This document shows, one piece after another, positions 17,959 through 26,258 of a stretch of 32,000 nucleotides of DNA. The stretch covers positions 2,880,001 through 2,912,000 of the forward strand of contig NC_010296.1 of the NCBI RefSeq assembly GCF_000010625.1, written 5' to 3'. The translations under genes and the position numbers were made by a program. A model generated the notes under the pieces. It had not been told where the DNA came from. It searched no databases and saw only the letters and a list, made by a program, of their open reading frames with translations. This stretch comes from Microcystis aeruginosa NIES-843 (GTDB lineage: Bacteria > Cyanobacteriota > Cyanobacteriia > Cyanobacteriales > Microcystaceae). How positions within the stretch are numbered: the first letter of the stretch is position 1; each line of letters starts with the position of its first letter.

Positions 17959-19053
17959 AAAATAGTTCCAACGTTGAATAAATGGGAGCCAATGAGATTC
18001 GACTAACTCGATCGCTTTGGCATCTGGGGGATAATTATTTTTTTTATATCCTTGCAGACTGGCAATATATTTCTCAAAGCGAGGCATAGCTATTTTTAAG
18101 TCGGGAAGTTGCAGTTGACCGTAAATTTTTTCGATTTGTTCTAGGGGGGTTTTTTCTAAATCTTCAAAACGAATTTCTACAAAACTATCGGCGGGTAAAT
18201 CGGCACTATCTCGCAGGAGAGAATTGATCATTGGGGGATAACTTTTCAGAATTACCTGCTCGATTTCATCCGTGGATAAATTATCGTAGGATTGTAGTGC
18301 TAGTTCCGGTAGGATGCGGGTAAAAAAGTGACGAGTTGAGGGAAAAACTAGATAGGGATTGCGGTAGATATGAATAAATTTAGCATCGGGCCAGATAGCT
18401 CGCAATTTGGCAATGTGTGCCGTATAAACGGGGTTTTTGATGAGTAATTGTTTGCCTCTTTGATGGATGGAAACTTTTTTTAATAGATGAGTATGCCAAC
18501 GCTGCCAAGTGGCGATTTCCCCCTCGCTGCAGCCCTGAAAAAAAACCCCTCGCTGGAAATGATACTGAAAACGTTGGGGAAAGTATAAACCATGGTAGTA
18601 GGAAAGGGGGATCATGCTGGCCAGGGCGATCGAATCTTCTTGGGGGGAATCGGGAGTAACGGCAACGTTATCCACATGGCGATCGCTCGGTAGGGCCAAT
18701 TCTAGCAGCGGTTGAAATAAACGGACGATACCGAGGATATCCCAGGGTAATCCCACCGCTAGGGGCGAAATATAGCCAAAATGCTCCGATTGACCGAGTA
18801 AATTGTGCAGATGGGTCGTGCCGCTGCGCCAATAGCCGACAATAAAAATGGGTGCTTTTACCTGCACGCCGCGCTCATAAAACCCTGTGATTAAAATTCG
18901 TTCTAGGGTAGAAAAAGGCAGTCGCGCCAGGGTAACTGCCATTGCCAGGGTTGCCGGGGCCAAATTGGGGCGATCGATGCCGCCATTGGTCAAAAACAAA
19001 CGAAGGAGAGTGCTAAGGTTACTACCGCAGAGGGGATGAAACAAACTGGACAT
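17956..19053 (-). CDS. Sulfotransferase family protein.
   Basis: 5'-PSB loop GYWRSGTTHLHNLL and a later IHIYRNPY motif. The start is taken as ATG 19053 (MSSLFHPL), 5 nt after the aminotransferase stop. The ORF-track start at 19119 would overlap that gene by 61 nt. Confidence 0.75.
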   Translation of the reverse strand: MSSLFHPLCGSNLSTLLRLFLTNGGIDRPNLAPATLAMAVTLARLPFSTLERILITGFYERGVQVKAPIFIVGYWRSGTTHLHNLLGQSEHFGYISPLAVGLPWDILGIVRLFQPLLELALPSDRHVDNVAVTPDSPQEDSIALASMIPLSYYHGLYFPQRFQYHFQRGVFFQGCSEGEIATWQRWHTHLLKKVSIHQRGKQLLIKNPVYTAHIAKLRAIWPDAKFIHIYRNPYLVFPSTRHFFTRILPELALQSYDNLSTDEIEQVILKSYPPMINSLLRDSADLPADSFVEIRFEDLEKTPLEQIEKIYGQLQLPDLKIAMPRFEKYIASLQGYKKNNYPPDAKAIELVESHWLPFIQRWNYF

Positions 19054-19058
19054 ATTAA

Positions 19059-20447
19059 CTATTTTTGGGCGGTTTTTTGGCGGATAGCTTGGCTGGCCAA
19101 GGTTTTGCCGAATTCCCAAGCGGCTCCGGGGAAGCGGTGAGCATCGGCCACCACATCTTTAACGGCGGTGACAAGCCAACGGCAATCCTCATCGGAGAGG
19201 GTGAGGGGGGGGATAAACTTGATGATATTCATGCCGTGGCCGGAAACCTGCGAGAGAATTTGATGGCGGGTAAAGAGGGGAACGACGATTAACTGGGAAA
19301 ATAGCCCTTTATTGGCGGTTTCTAGCATTTTCCAGGCGGCTTTTAGTGACCAACTGCTCGGCTCGGCAAATTCCAAGGCCATCATCATACCCAATCCCCG
19401 CACTTCCTGCAAACATTCGTACTGATCTACGAGCGGCTGTAGTTCTGCGATAATTTGTTGACCGATTACAGCCGATCGCTCGACTAATTTTTCCTCCTCA
19501 ATCACCTGTAAAGTGGCAATACCGGCGGCCATGGCCAGATTATTTTTACCAAAAGTGCTACCGTGCACCACAGAACGATCCATGCGATCAAATACTCGAT
19601 CGAAGATCCAGCGACGACAGAGAACCGCTCCCACTGGCACAAAACCGCCCGAAAGAGCCTTGGCAACACATAAAATGTCCGGTTCTACCCCCCAATGTTC
19701 CACTGCCCAAATTTTGCCAGTCCGGCCCAAACCAGTCTGCACTTCATCGGCCACAAAAAGAGTGCCGTAACGACGACAAAGGGCAGCCGCCGCGGGGAGA
19801 TAGTTCGGTTCGGGAATTCTCACCCCGTGACCTTGGATCGGTTCGGTAATAAAAGCCGCTACGTCTTGGTTAATTAGAGCTTTTTCGAGCGCAGCTAGAT
19901 CGCCGAAGGGAATTTCCTTAAAATCGGCGACAAAAGGCCCAAATCCCTCACGATAATGGGGATCGCCGGTGGCGGAAAGGGAACCCATGGTTAACCCGTG
20001 GTAGCCCCCCTGACAGTAAACAATTTGGCTGCGTCCAGTGGCGTAGCGGCTGAATTTAATGGCGGCCTCGACGGTTTCCGTGCCGGAATTAGCAAAGAAA
20101 ACTCGTTCTAATCCGGGAGGTGCGATCGCTGCTAACCGTTCCGCCAGCAATCCCGCTAGGATGGAAGCATCCAATTGGACTAAATTGGGCAATGCTGCCG
20201 TCAATACCTCTTGTAAAGCTTGCACGATCTTGGGGTGATTGCGTCCGAGGGCAAAAACACCAAAACCACTCAGTAAGTCCAGATACTTTTCCCCCTGATT
20301 GTCGAATAGGTATGCACCTTGGGCTTTAACGTAGTGGCGATCGTAGCCGATCGTTTTTAGTACCCTGACCATCTGGGGGTTTAGGTATTGTTCGTGGAGG
20401 GCAAAGTTTTCTTCTAGTCTTTTTTCTATCAGTTCTAAAATGCTCAT
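19059..20447 (-). CDS. Class-III (aspartate aminotransferase family) PLP-dependent aminotransferase.
   Basis: NSGTETVEAAIK, FVADEVQTGLGRTG, and the PLP-lysine context ILCVAKALSGG. Confidence 0.85.
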   Translation of the reverse strand: MSILELIEKRLEENFALHEQYLNPQMVRVLKTIGYDRHYVKAQGAYLFDNQGEKYLDLLSGFGVFALGRNHPKIVQALQEVLTAALPNLVQLDASILAGLLAERLAAIAPPGLERVFFANSGTETVEAAIKFSRYATGRSQIVYCQGGYHGLTMGSLSATGDPHYREGFGPFVADFKEIPFGDLAALEKALINQDVAAFITEPIQGHGVRIPEPNYLPAAAALCRRYGTLFVADEVQTGLGRTGKIWAVEHWGVEPDILCVAKALSGGFVPVGAVLCRRWIFDRVFDRMDRSVVHGSTFGKNNLAMAAGIATLQVIEEEKLVERSAVIGQQIIAELQPLVDQYECLQEVRGLGMMMALEFAEPSSWSLKAAWKMLETANKGLFSQLIVVPLFTRHQILSQVSGHGMNIIKFIPPLTLSDEDCRWLVTAVKDVVADAHRFPGAAWEFGKTLASQAIRQKTAQK

Positions 20448-20598
20448 AAATTCCAGATTTGATTACTGAAAAACTATTTTTCAAACACCTCAAAACCGAT
20501 TATGTCCATAGCACATTATCATTATTTTTTTGGTTATTTAATATAATAAATTATTTCAATATATTTTGTCAAGTATTTAAGAACTTATCTAGGATAAT

Positions 20599-20709
20599 TA
20601 TAGCGTTTCCCAATCTCATGAGGTACACCAAAATCTTAACTCCTGAATCCCGAATCCTGACTCCTCAAAACCTAAGACTCTGTACCTCACAACTATGGTA
20701 ATTGCTATA
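20599..20709. mobile_element. MITE-like element, family C (TATAGCGTTTCC... termini), copy 1.
   Basis: Shares its termini and the GAGGTACA/TGTACCT inner inverted repeat with 31643-31746. Confidence 0.55.
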
Positions 20710-20830
20710 AACTAATTAGCTCTTGTGGGCTAAAGGTTAAAGCGACTTTTAGATAATTTATTAGTCAGTTTTTATATGGTAGAGGCGCATCGCGTGCGCC
20801 CAAAATGTAATATCAGTAAACAGTGAACTG

Positions 20831-20890
20831 ATCACTGATAACTGATAACTGATAACTGATAACTGATAACTGATAACTGATAACTGATAC
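20831..20890. repeat. (GATAACT)n heptamer array, ~8 units.
   Basis: Read directly. It is preceded by GTAAACAGTGAACTGAT, as is the array at 28208-28266. Confidence 0.9.
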
Positions 20891-20905
20891 AAGGCTGACA
20901 GCTAT

Positions 20906-20949
20906 AAAAAAACCGACCAACAAGAGAGAATTCCTGTCAGTCAGTCGGT
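20906..20949 (-). terminator. Candidate intrinsic terminator of psaE.
   Basis: On the minus strand: ACCGACTGAC ... GTTGGTCGGT (10-bp stem including G:U pairs) followed by TTTTTTT, ~30 nt after the psaE stop. Confidence 0.5.
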
Positions 20950-20975
20950 GATGATAGGCCGAATTTTACTCAGCT

Positions 20976-21209
20976 TTATTTCTTAGCGGGGGCAGCCTTA
21001 ACGAGTTCCAATTCACTTTCAGCGAAGTTATTGGTATTCAGTCCACTGGCGCTACCACTAAAACCGTGGTAGTTAACAGTATCAAAACGGACGATAACGG
21101 GATAGTGGATACCACTTTTATCAACACTGGCTACGGTTCCTACATCGTTGTACCAGTAAGACTCTTTCCGTTTGACTCTAACTTTGGCTCCGCGTTCGAT
21201 TCCAGGCAT
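20976..21209 (-). CDS. psaE: Photosystem I reaction centre subunit IV (PsaE).
   Basis: [63 protein letters not shown] is canonical PsaE. Confidence 0.95.
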   Translation of the reverse strand: MPGIERGAKVRVKRKESYWYNDVGTVASVDKSGIHYPVIVRFDTVNYHGFSGSASGLNTNNFAESELELVKAAPAKK

Positions 21210-21287
21210 AGCTGTTGTTTTTTTTTAGGGTTTAGTTAACAGGTTACAATCAGAGCGAGTTTGCCGAAAGGGTTTTTACTTTAAGTT

Positions 21288-21917
21288 TTATTGCAAATCT
21301 TGCCACTCTGTTTGGACAAAATGCCCCGAACGTCCCCATAGGTCTGCCTTTGGTGCAATGTTAACGATTGTTAAGTTAAAGGGAATAGCCGTAGTCAGGT
21401 ATTTTTGGGCCGACATTCCCACATCTGGTCCGATTTGAAAAGCGGCGGCGGTGGCTAAACCTAAGCCTAATAACTGAGAAATCGGACCTCTGGGTAAGAG
21501 AAGATGAGTTCCTAAGACTAAGCCAGCGGTTAAGGCTAAAGTTACCGATAAATTGGTGCCACAACGCGGATGTAATGCCAATTGCCCCTCGCCATTTTTG
21601 AGACGATGGAGTGCCTGTTTGGCCGCAATTCGCAGTTCATTTGTATTAATCTGTCCGTAGAGATAAAAACCCCTATCGGTGGACAGTCCCCCCAGGGCCT
21701 CGTTATCCGCAGGGGAGTGGTCAAAAGGCGATTGACGACGGGCAGCCATTTCGCTTAATACCCAGACGGTGGCGTGTTCCAAGGCGTGAACCTGTCGCAG
21801 GGTCAGAAATTCTTTGAAACCGGGGATAAAGCCGATTTGTGCCAGTAAATCGCTGTCTTGCTGGGGCGAGGGGTTAAACCAGTCAAAAGAGGGGTTAGAA
21901 GGGCTACTAGGGGTCAT
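21288..21917 (-). CDS. Conserved hypothetical protein with HxxEH and HPRCGT motifs and a hydrophobic C-terminal half.
   Basis: Clean 209-aa ORF with motifs QVHALEHATVW and LHPRCGTNLSV. I do not recognise the family. Confidence 0.6.
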   Translation of the reverse strand: MTPSSPSNPSFDWFNPSPQQDSDLLAQIGFIPGFKEFLTLRQVHALEHATVWVLSEMAARRQSPFDHSPADNEALGGLSTDRGFYLYGQINTNELRIAAKQALHRLKNGEGQLALHPRCGTNLSVTLALTAGLVLGTHLLLPRGPISQLLGLGLATAAAFQIGPDVGMSAQKYLTTAIPFNLTIVNIAPKADLWGRSGHFVQTEWQDLQ

Positions 21918-22072
21918 AAAGTTGCGGTAGGGGGAGTTTTTTCGAGGAATATGAGGGTGCTATAGAGTGGCAAGGCGGTGTCCCAGTAGGTGTCTTTAAT
22001 GGGGATTGACCATGGTGATTTTGGCAAAAAAGGGAAAATCTGACCATAGGAGAACTACTGCCAGTTGTTGCT

Positions 22073-22296
22073 TTAGGTAAGGTTTGCTGAATAAATCTAA
22101 AAACCTTGTTGGATAAGACTTCTAGACTTTTTTGAAATCCAAAAGTGCCGGGCATGGGAGTGAGCAGGGGGAAAATTCCGGGACTTTTTCCCTGAAAATT
22201 GGGTAATTGACCACCTGAAAACCGGTAAAACCCTACACCCTACACCCTACACCCTACACCCTGCCCCCACGAAAAACTTTTTGCCGCAAACCCTAG
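22073..22296 (-). mobile_element. MITE-like element, family A, copy 3 (inverted), with an internal (ACCCTAC)n array.
   Basis: Its reverse complement aligns with 12930-13150 along the whole length. The outer terminus is slightly degenerate. Confidence 0.75.
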
Positions 22297-22359
22297 TTAA
22301 GAAGCGAAATGATTCCAGTTATCTCGATTGCTGGTCTTGGTCATAGAAACTATAGTCAA

Positions 22360-23061
22360 TTAGCTGTCTAAATAGGCGTTAATGATAGCGAGAGCCACTA
22401 AGGGAGCGGTAATTGTTCTCAAAATCCGTTTTCCCAGTGATACAGGTAGAAAATCAGCGGCGATCGCTTGTTCTATTTCTGCCTCCGTCCATCCCCCTTC
22501 CGGTCCGATGGCCATGGTTATCTCGGTTGATGTTTGCAATTGAGAAAGTAGCGGGTCCACTGTTCTACGGGTAACACCAATATAACAAGTTGTCCCTGGG
22601 CTAACTCCCCGGTTAAGGATGGCTAAAAATGGTTGTGGTTCTTCGATAATAGGAATAATCTGTCTTTCTGATTGTTCTACAGCTTCCCGGGCAATTTTTC
22701 GCCAACGGTCAATTTTTTGAGGACTAGGATTAACTAAACCGCGTTCTGTTAGCAGCGGAATAATCCGATAAACTCCTAATTCGGTGGCAGCGCGAACGAT
22801 ATCATCAAAGCCATTTTTGGGAATTGCTACCATTAAATTCACTTGTACTGGTAGTTCGGTGGTTTCGTTTATCGCTTCTAAAAGATGGGCCGAATTATCA
22901 ATTATTTCTGCTAACCACGCTTGTCCTTGTCCATTTAGGGCAATAAAATGGTCATGGGATTTTAAACGAACAACTTTTTTAAGATAATGACTTTGTTCGG
23001 GTGTTAAGGCAATTAACCCGTTTTCTAGGGTATTAAAATCAAGAAGAAGACGATAATACAA
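22360..23061 (-). CDS. rsmE: 16S rRNA (uracil1498-N3)-methyltransferase RsmE.
   Basis: N-terminal PUA-like region (HYLKKVVRLKSHDHFIALNGQG) and C-terminal SPOUT motifs IGPEGGWTEAE and LGKRILRTITA. Confidence 0.85.
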   Translation of the reverse strand: MYYRLLLDFNTLENGLIALTPEQSHYLKKVVRLKSHDHFIALNGQGQAWLAEIIDNSAHLLEAINETTELPVQVNLMVAIPKNGFDDIVRAATELGVYRIIPLLTERGLVNPSPQKIDRWRKIAREAVEQSERQIIPIIEEPQPFLAILNRGVSPGTTCYIGVTRRTVDPLLSQLQTSTEITMAIGPEGGWTEAEIEQAIAADFLPVSLGKRILRTITAPLVALAIINAYLDS

Positions 23062-23383
23062 GGCGGTTTAGTCTATATTACTATTGTGTTCAGAATCACT
23101 GTCAGCTATCTATTTTAGCTTTTATGGTGTTTTTGTATAAGGTTGAGAGTAGATCAGCTTATAGCAGTTATCTTAATGGTGAAGTACGAAGTTTTCCTTT
23201 TGGGTAGTCAGTCGTCAATACCAAATTAGGTTATACTTCATGTTTATGACAAAGGCTATAACTTACTATGGCCTTACCTACTCAGATATGTTATAAAATT
23301 TATCCTCATCAAGGTATCTCTTGCCAAATAAGAATTAAGACTTGACAATCTCCACTCCCTAACCCCTAACCCCCAGAAAATCC

Positions 23384-23554
23384 ATGGACATAACTGCTAA
23401 AATTGAAGAACTGGCACAAAAATATGAGATACCTCCCCAACTGCTCAAGGAAGCCATGGCTTTAGAAGTAGAAAAAATTACTCTAAAAAATCGGCAGCTA
23501 TCACCTAAAATTGTCAAACTTATCGAAAAATATACCGACTCCTCACAATCATAA
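23384..23554 (+). CDS. Small 56-aa helical protein missed by the ORF track. Possible partner of the downstream DndD-like ATPase.
   Basis: ATG 23384 to TAA 23552-23554 encodes MDITAKIEELAQKYEIPPQLLKEAMALEVEKITLKNRQLSPKIVKLIEKYTDSSQS. Its composition is protein-like, unlike the low-complexity 71-aa antisense ORF 23359-23574. Confidence 0.5.
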   Translation: MDITAKIEELAQKYEIPPQLLKEAMALEVEKITLKNRQLSPKIVKLIEKYTDSSQS

Positions 23555-23610
23555 ATTTTATGGCTCTCTTGCATGATTTATTTTTTGTAAGTAGGGAGGC
23601 ACAATTATTT

Positions 23611-23675
23611 GTAGGATGGGTTAGCGGTAGCGTAACATGAGCGGAAGTTGGGTTTCATGCTTCAACCCAAACTAC
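23611..23675. repeat. Hairpin repeat (GTTGGGTTTCATGCTTCAACCCAA core inside GTAGG...CTAC arms). A second copy lies at ~31575-31625.
   Basis: Direct comparison of the two loci. Confidence 0.55.
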
Positions 23676-23704
23676 ATTCATCTTATATTTAATTCCACCC
23701 ACCC

Positions 23705-23861
23705 ACTTAGTTTAAAAACGACAAAAATAAATATTAAGTTGCATAAAATCTCTAAATAAACCATTTAATTGATTATTATTCATTCTTAATTCTCCTGATT
23801 ACTGACTACTGGCTACTGACTCCTAACCAACCACAAAATTTTTGATTTTTACAAGAGTTCT
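23705..23861. repeat. ~155-bp dispersed repeat, the inverted partner of 16455-16612. It ends at the ATG of the DndD-like gene.
   Basis: Reverse-complement alignment to the kaiC-downstream copy. Confidence 0.7.
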
Positions 23862-23862
23862 T

Positions 23863-25809
23863 ATGACTTTGAGACTGAAACAAATTCGCTTAACTAATTG
23901 GAAATGTTACCCTAGTCAAAATATTACTTTTAACCTGCATCCCGACAGAAAAATTCAGATTATCTTCGGTAATAATGGTCACGGTAAAACTTCTCTGATG
24001 ACGGCGATTTTATGGTGTCTCTATGGGGTAGATATTGTATCTAAAGAGACTCTGAAAACCTATTTTTATCGAGGTAAGGATGATTCTTCATCAGTAGAAG
24101 AAAAAGAAATGCGGGTAGAATTAAATTTTACTAGAAACGAGAAAAATTACTTTATCAGTCGCACAGCGAAATTAAAAGATAATGGTAGCACTTCTTATCC
24201 CAGCGTAGAGGAAGCATTATTTTATGAAGATGGAACCATGAGAAGTAACTCTAGGGAATATATCGAAGCATTGCTTCCTAAATCTATTCGAGATTTTTTC
24301 TGTTTTGATGGTTTAAAAATTGAACAATATACCCAGATAACCCAAACTAAAGAAGCAAAAGAAGCAATTGAAAAAGTTTTGGGTATCCCTGAATTAAGAA
24401 ATCTGCGCGATGATACAGAAAAAGCCTTACAAGAATTAGAAAACCGTTTCAATAAAGCAGAGGGAACCAGTCAAGCTTTAAAAGATAAGAGAAAACAATT
24501 GCGAGAATTAGAAGGAGACCTTGACCTTCAAAAAGGTCAGCTTAAAAATGCTAAAGATGAGGAAAAAAATGCTATAATTATTCATCAAGATGCTCAAGAA
24601 AAAGCCGCTCATATTGAAAGTTTACGAGAAAAATTAGAGGAAATTCATAACTTAGAGAAAAAGCGTATCGGTTTACAAACTCAGTTAGATAACCTGCAAA
24701 AGTCTATCGATTCTTGGTTAAAAAAAGCTTCGATACCTTTGCTGATTAACTTTGTACAGGAAATGGCCGATGATTTGCAAGTTACTAGCTTAAAAAGCAC
24801 TTATAAAACTAATTCCACAGCAATTTTACAAGCAATACTTGACGATAAAAGCTGTCTATGTGGTCGTTGTTTAGATAAAAATTCTCGGGACTTTATCCTG
24901 CAACAAATTGCCGAACTAGAGTCCTTAGAAGTGGACAACGCCACCAGAATAGAAAAAGACCAAATTAGAATTGATTTACAGGGAATTATGCGAGATAATG
25001 CTAAATTTAGCAATTATAGTCAATTACTTTTGCAAAGAGATCGTTTAGAAGAAGAAATCGAAGAAATTAATCAACATATTAGACAGCTAAAACAGGAAAA
25101 CACGGGAATAGATCAAGACTCGGTGAGGCAGATTTGGCGAAAAGTTGGCGAATCTGGTAAAAATGTTGAGATGATCCAAGAAAGGATCGAACGCTTGCAA
25201 AAGGAAATTGAAATCAAAGAAAAGCAATTAGAAAATTTACGCAAAGAAGTGGAAATTTTAGCTAGTGAAAATCAAACCACACTGATGTTATCTAATCAGG
25301 TTAAAATGGCCAGAGGTTTAAAAAATGCCACTAACGAATTAATCGAATGGCATATCGATAATTCCCAAAAAATGATTAATCAAGTAACCAGCGATCGCTA
25401 TTTACAAGTAACCAACAAACCGGAGGAATATAGAGGAGTAGAAATCACTCCCGAATACACTTTAGGAATCCGTACCATCACAGGAAAATTATTAAATCCC
25501 GATGTTTTAAGTGCGGGAGAAAAGGAAGCTTTAGCTTTTGCTTTTATCACCGGTTTAAATCAAATAACTGATACTTGTGTTCCCCTAATTATGGATACAC
25601 CTTTTGGCCATTTAGACAAAGAACATCAAAAAAATATTATTAACTCTCTCCCTAATTTAAACTCCCAAGTAATTATTTTAGCCACCGATCGCGATCTTCC
25701 CGATCCACTTTTACATCTGCTGCGTCCCCACAGTACTGATATTTTTAAAATACACCGTTTGGCTGCCGATGAAGATGCTTCCGTGATTGAAGTAATGGAG
25801 AGTTACTAA
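23863..25809 (+). CDS. DndD-like SMC/ABC-type ATPase with a long coiled-coil insert and a central CxCxxC motif.
   Basis: Walker A GNNGHGKTS (23968-23994), FCFDGLKIEQY, ~350 aa of E/K/L/Q heptad-rich sequence, signature LSAGEKEAL (25507-), Walker B/D-loop PLIMDTPFGHLD (25582-25617), and QVIILATDRD. The start is taken as ATG 23863 (MTLRLKQIRL) rather than TTG 23842. Confidence 0.8.
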   Translation: MTLRLKQIRLTNWKCYPSQNITFNLHPDRKIQIIFGNNGHGKTSLMTAILWCLYGVDIVSKETLKTYFYRGKDDSSSVEEKEMRVELNFTRNEKNYFISRTAKLKDNGSTSYPSVEEALFYEDGTMRSNSREYIEALLPKSIRDFFCFDGLKIEQYTQITQTKEAKEAIEKVLGIPELRNLRDDTEKALQELENRFNKAEGTSQALKDKRKQLRELEGDLDLQKGQLKNAKDEEKNAIIIHQDAQEKAAHIESLREKLEEIHNLEKKRIGLQTQLDNLQKSIDSWLKKASIPLLINFVQEMADDLQVTSLKSTYKTNSTAILQAILDDKSCLCGRCLDKNSRDFILQQIAELESLEVDNATRIEKDQIRIDLQGIMRDNAKFSNYSQLLLQRDRLEEEIEEINQHIRQLKQENTGIDQDSVRQIWRKVGESGKNVEMIQERIERLQKEIEIKEKQLENLRKEVEILASENQTTLMLSNQVKMARGLKNATNELIEWHIDNSQKMINQVTSDRYLQVTNKPEEYRGVEITPEYTLGIRTITGKLLNPDVLSAGEKEALAFAFITGLNQITDTCVPLIMDTPFGHLDKEHQKNIINSLPNLNSQVIILATDRDLPDPLLHLLRPHSTDIFKIHRLAADEDASVIEVMESY

Positions 25810-26216
25810 TGCAGAGAATCGATCCCAGTTTGAAGATTTATGCCTCGGAAACTTCCAGAAATTATCTACAGGTACTAAAAGATAATAAAACCTTTGAGCG
25901 CATGGTAGATGCCTATTTATTCGCGGCTGCTTTTGCCATTAAACAAGACTTCAGTATCTACGGAACCACTCTGAGCAATCGACAAGATTTAATTACTATT
26001 AGCCAAATCGATCCAGAAGTTATTTTAGCTTTAACCGCAGGAATTTATATTATCTGTAAAAAGAATTCCTATCCTCAACCCAGCGATGGCAAAGAAGTTT
26101 TAGATAAGATCTGTCAATACGCAGAAGTGGGATTAAGGGAATTAAAAGAACGCTGGCAAGGCAAAGTCAGCAATCAAATCCAAGCTGATATTGAGAGAAT
26201 TATCGATAATCTCTGA
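25809..26216 (+). CDS. 135-aa helical protein translationally coupled to the ATPase. Possibly DndE-like or Dnd-associated-protein-4-like (unverified).
   Basis: TAATG overlap at 25807-25811. The pattern FERMVDAYLFAAAFAIKQD and its size recall small Dnd-cluster accessory proteins. No search was possible. Confidence 0.65.
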   Translation: MQRIDPSLKIYASETSRNYLQVLKDNKTFERMVDAYLFAAAFAIKQDFSIYGTTLSNRQDLITISQIDPEVILALTAGIYIICKKNSYPQPSDGKEVLDKICQYAEVGLRELKERWQGKVSNQIQADIERIIDNL

Positions 26217-26258
26217 AATTCTCTGGCTCTAACTATCTTTTTTAGCGATAACGACAAA

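Noticed and set aside
20459-20701. 80-aa ORF in an AT-rich intergenic region.
   Set aside because: It overlaps the family C MITE copy. Its composition (F, I, L, N rich) is typical of AT-rich noise.
20831-20890. Regular short repeats considered as possible CRISPR arrays (also 3316-3374, 17931-17958, 28208-28266).
   Set aside because: The units are 7-15 bp and directly tandem with no spacers, and no cas genes are present. These are microsatellite-type STRs.
21907-22155. 82-aa minus-strand ORF.
   Set aside because: It lies almost wholly within the inverted family A MITE copy, and equivalent frames are not conserved in the other copies.
23342-23347. Perfect TTGACA hexamer 37 nt upstream of the 56-aa ORF.
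   Set aside because: There is no acceptable -10 hexamer at 16-18-nt spacing (CCTAAC or CTAACC), so a promoter call is not supported.
23359-23574. 71-aa minus-strand ORF from the ORF track.
   Set aside because: Its translation is Ser/Cys/Phe-rich low complexity. The opposite strand encodes a much more protein-like 56-aa helical ORF (23384-23554), which I prefer.
26194-26246. Possible bidirectional terminator between the convergent 135-aa and 83-aa genes (AGAGAATT ... AATTCTCT).
   Set aside because: The stem is 8 bp and AT-rich with a 15-nt loop, it overlaps the coding end, and the T-run is ~12 nt away. That is too weak to call.
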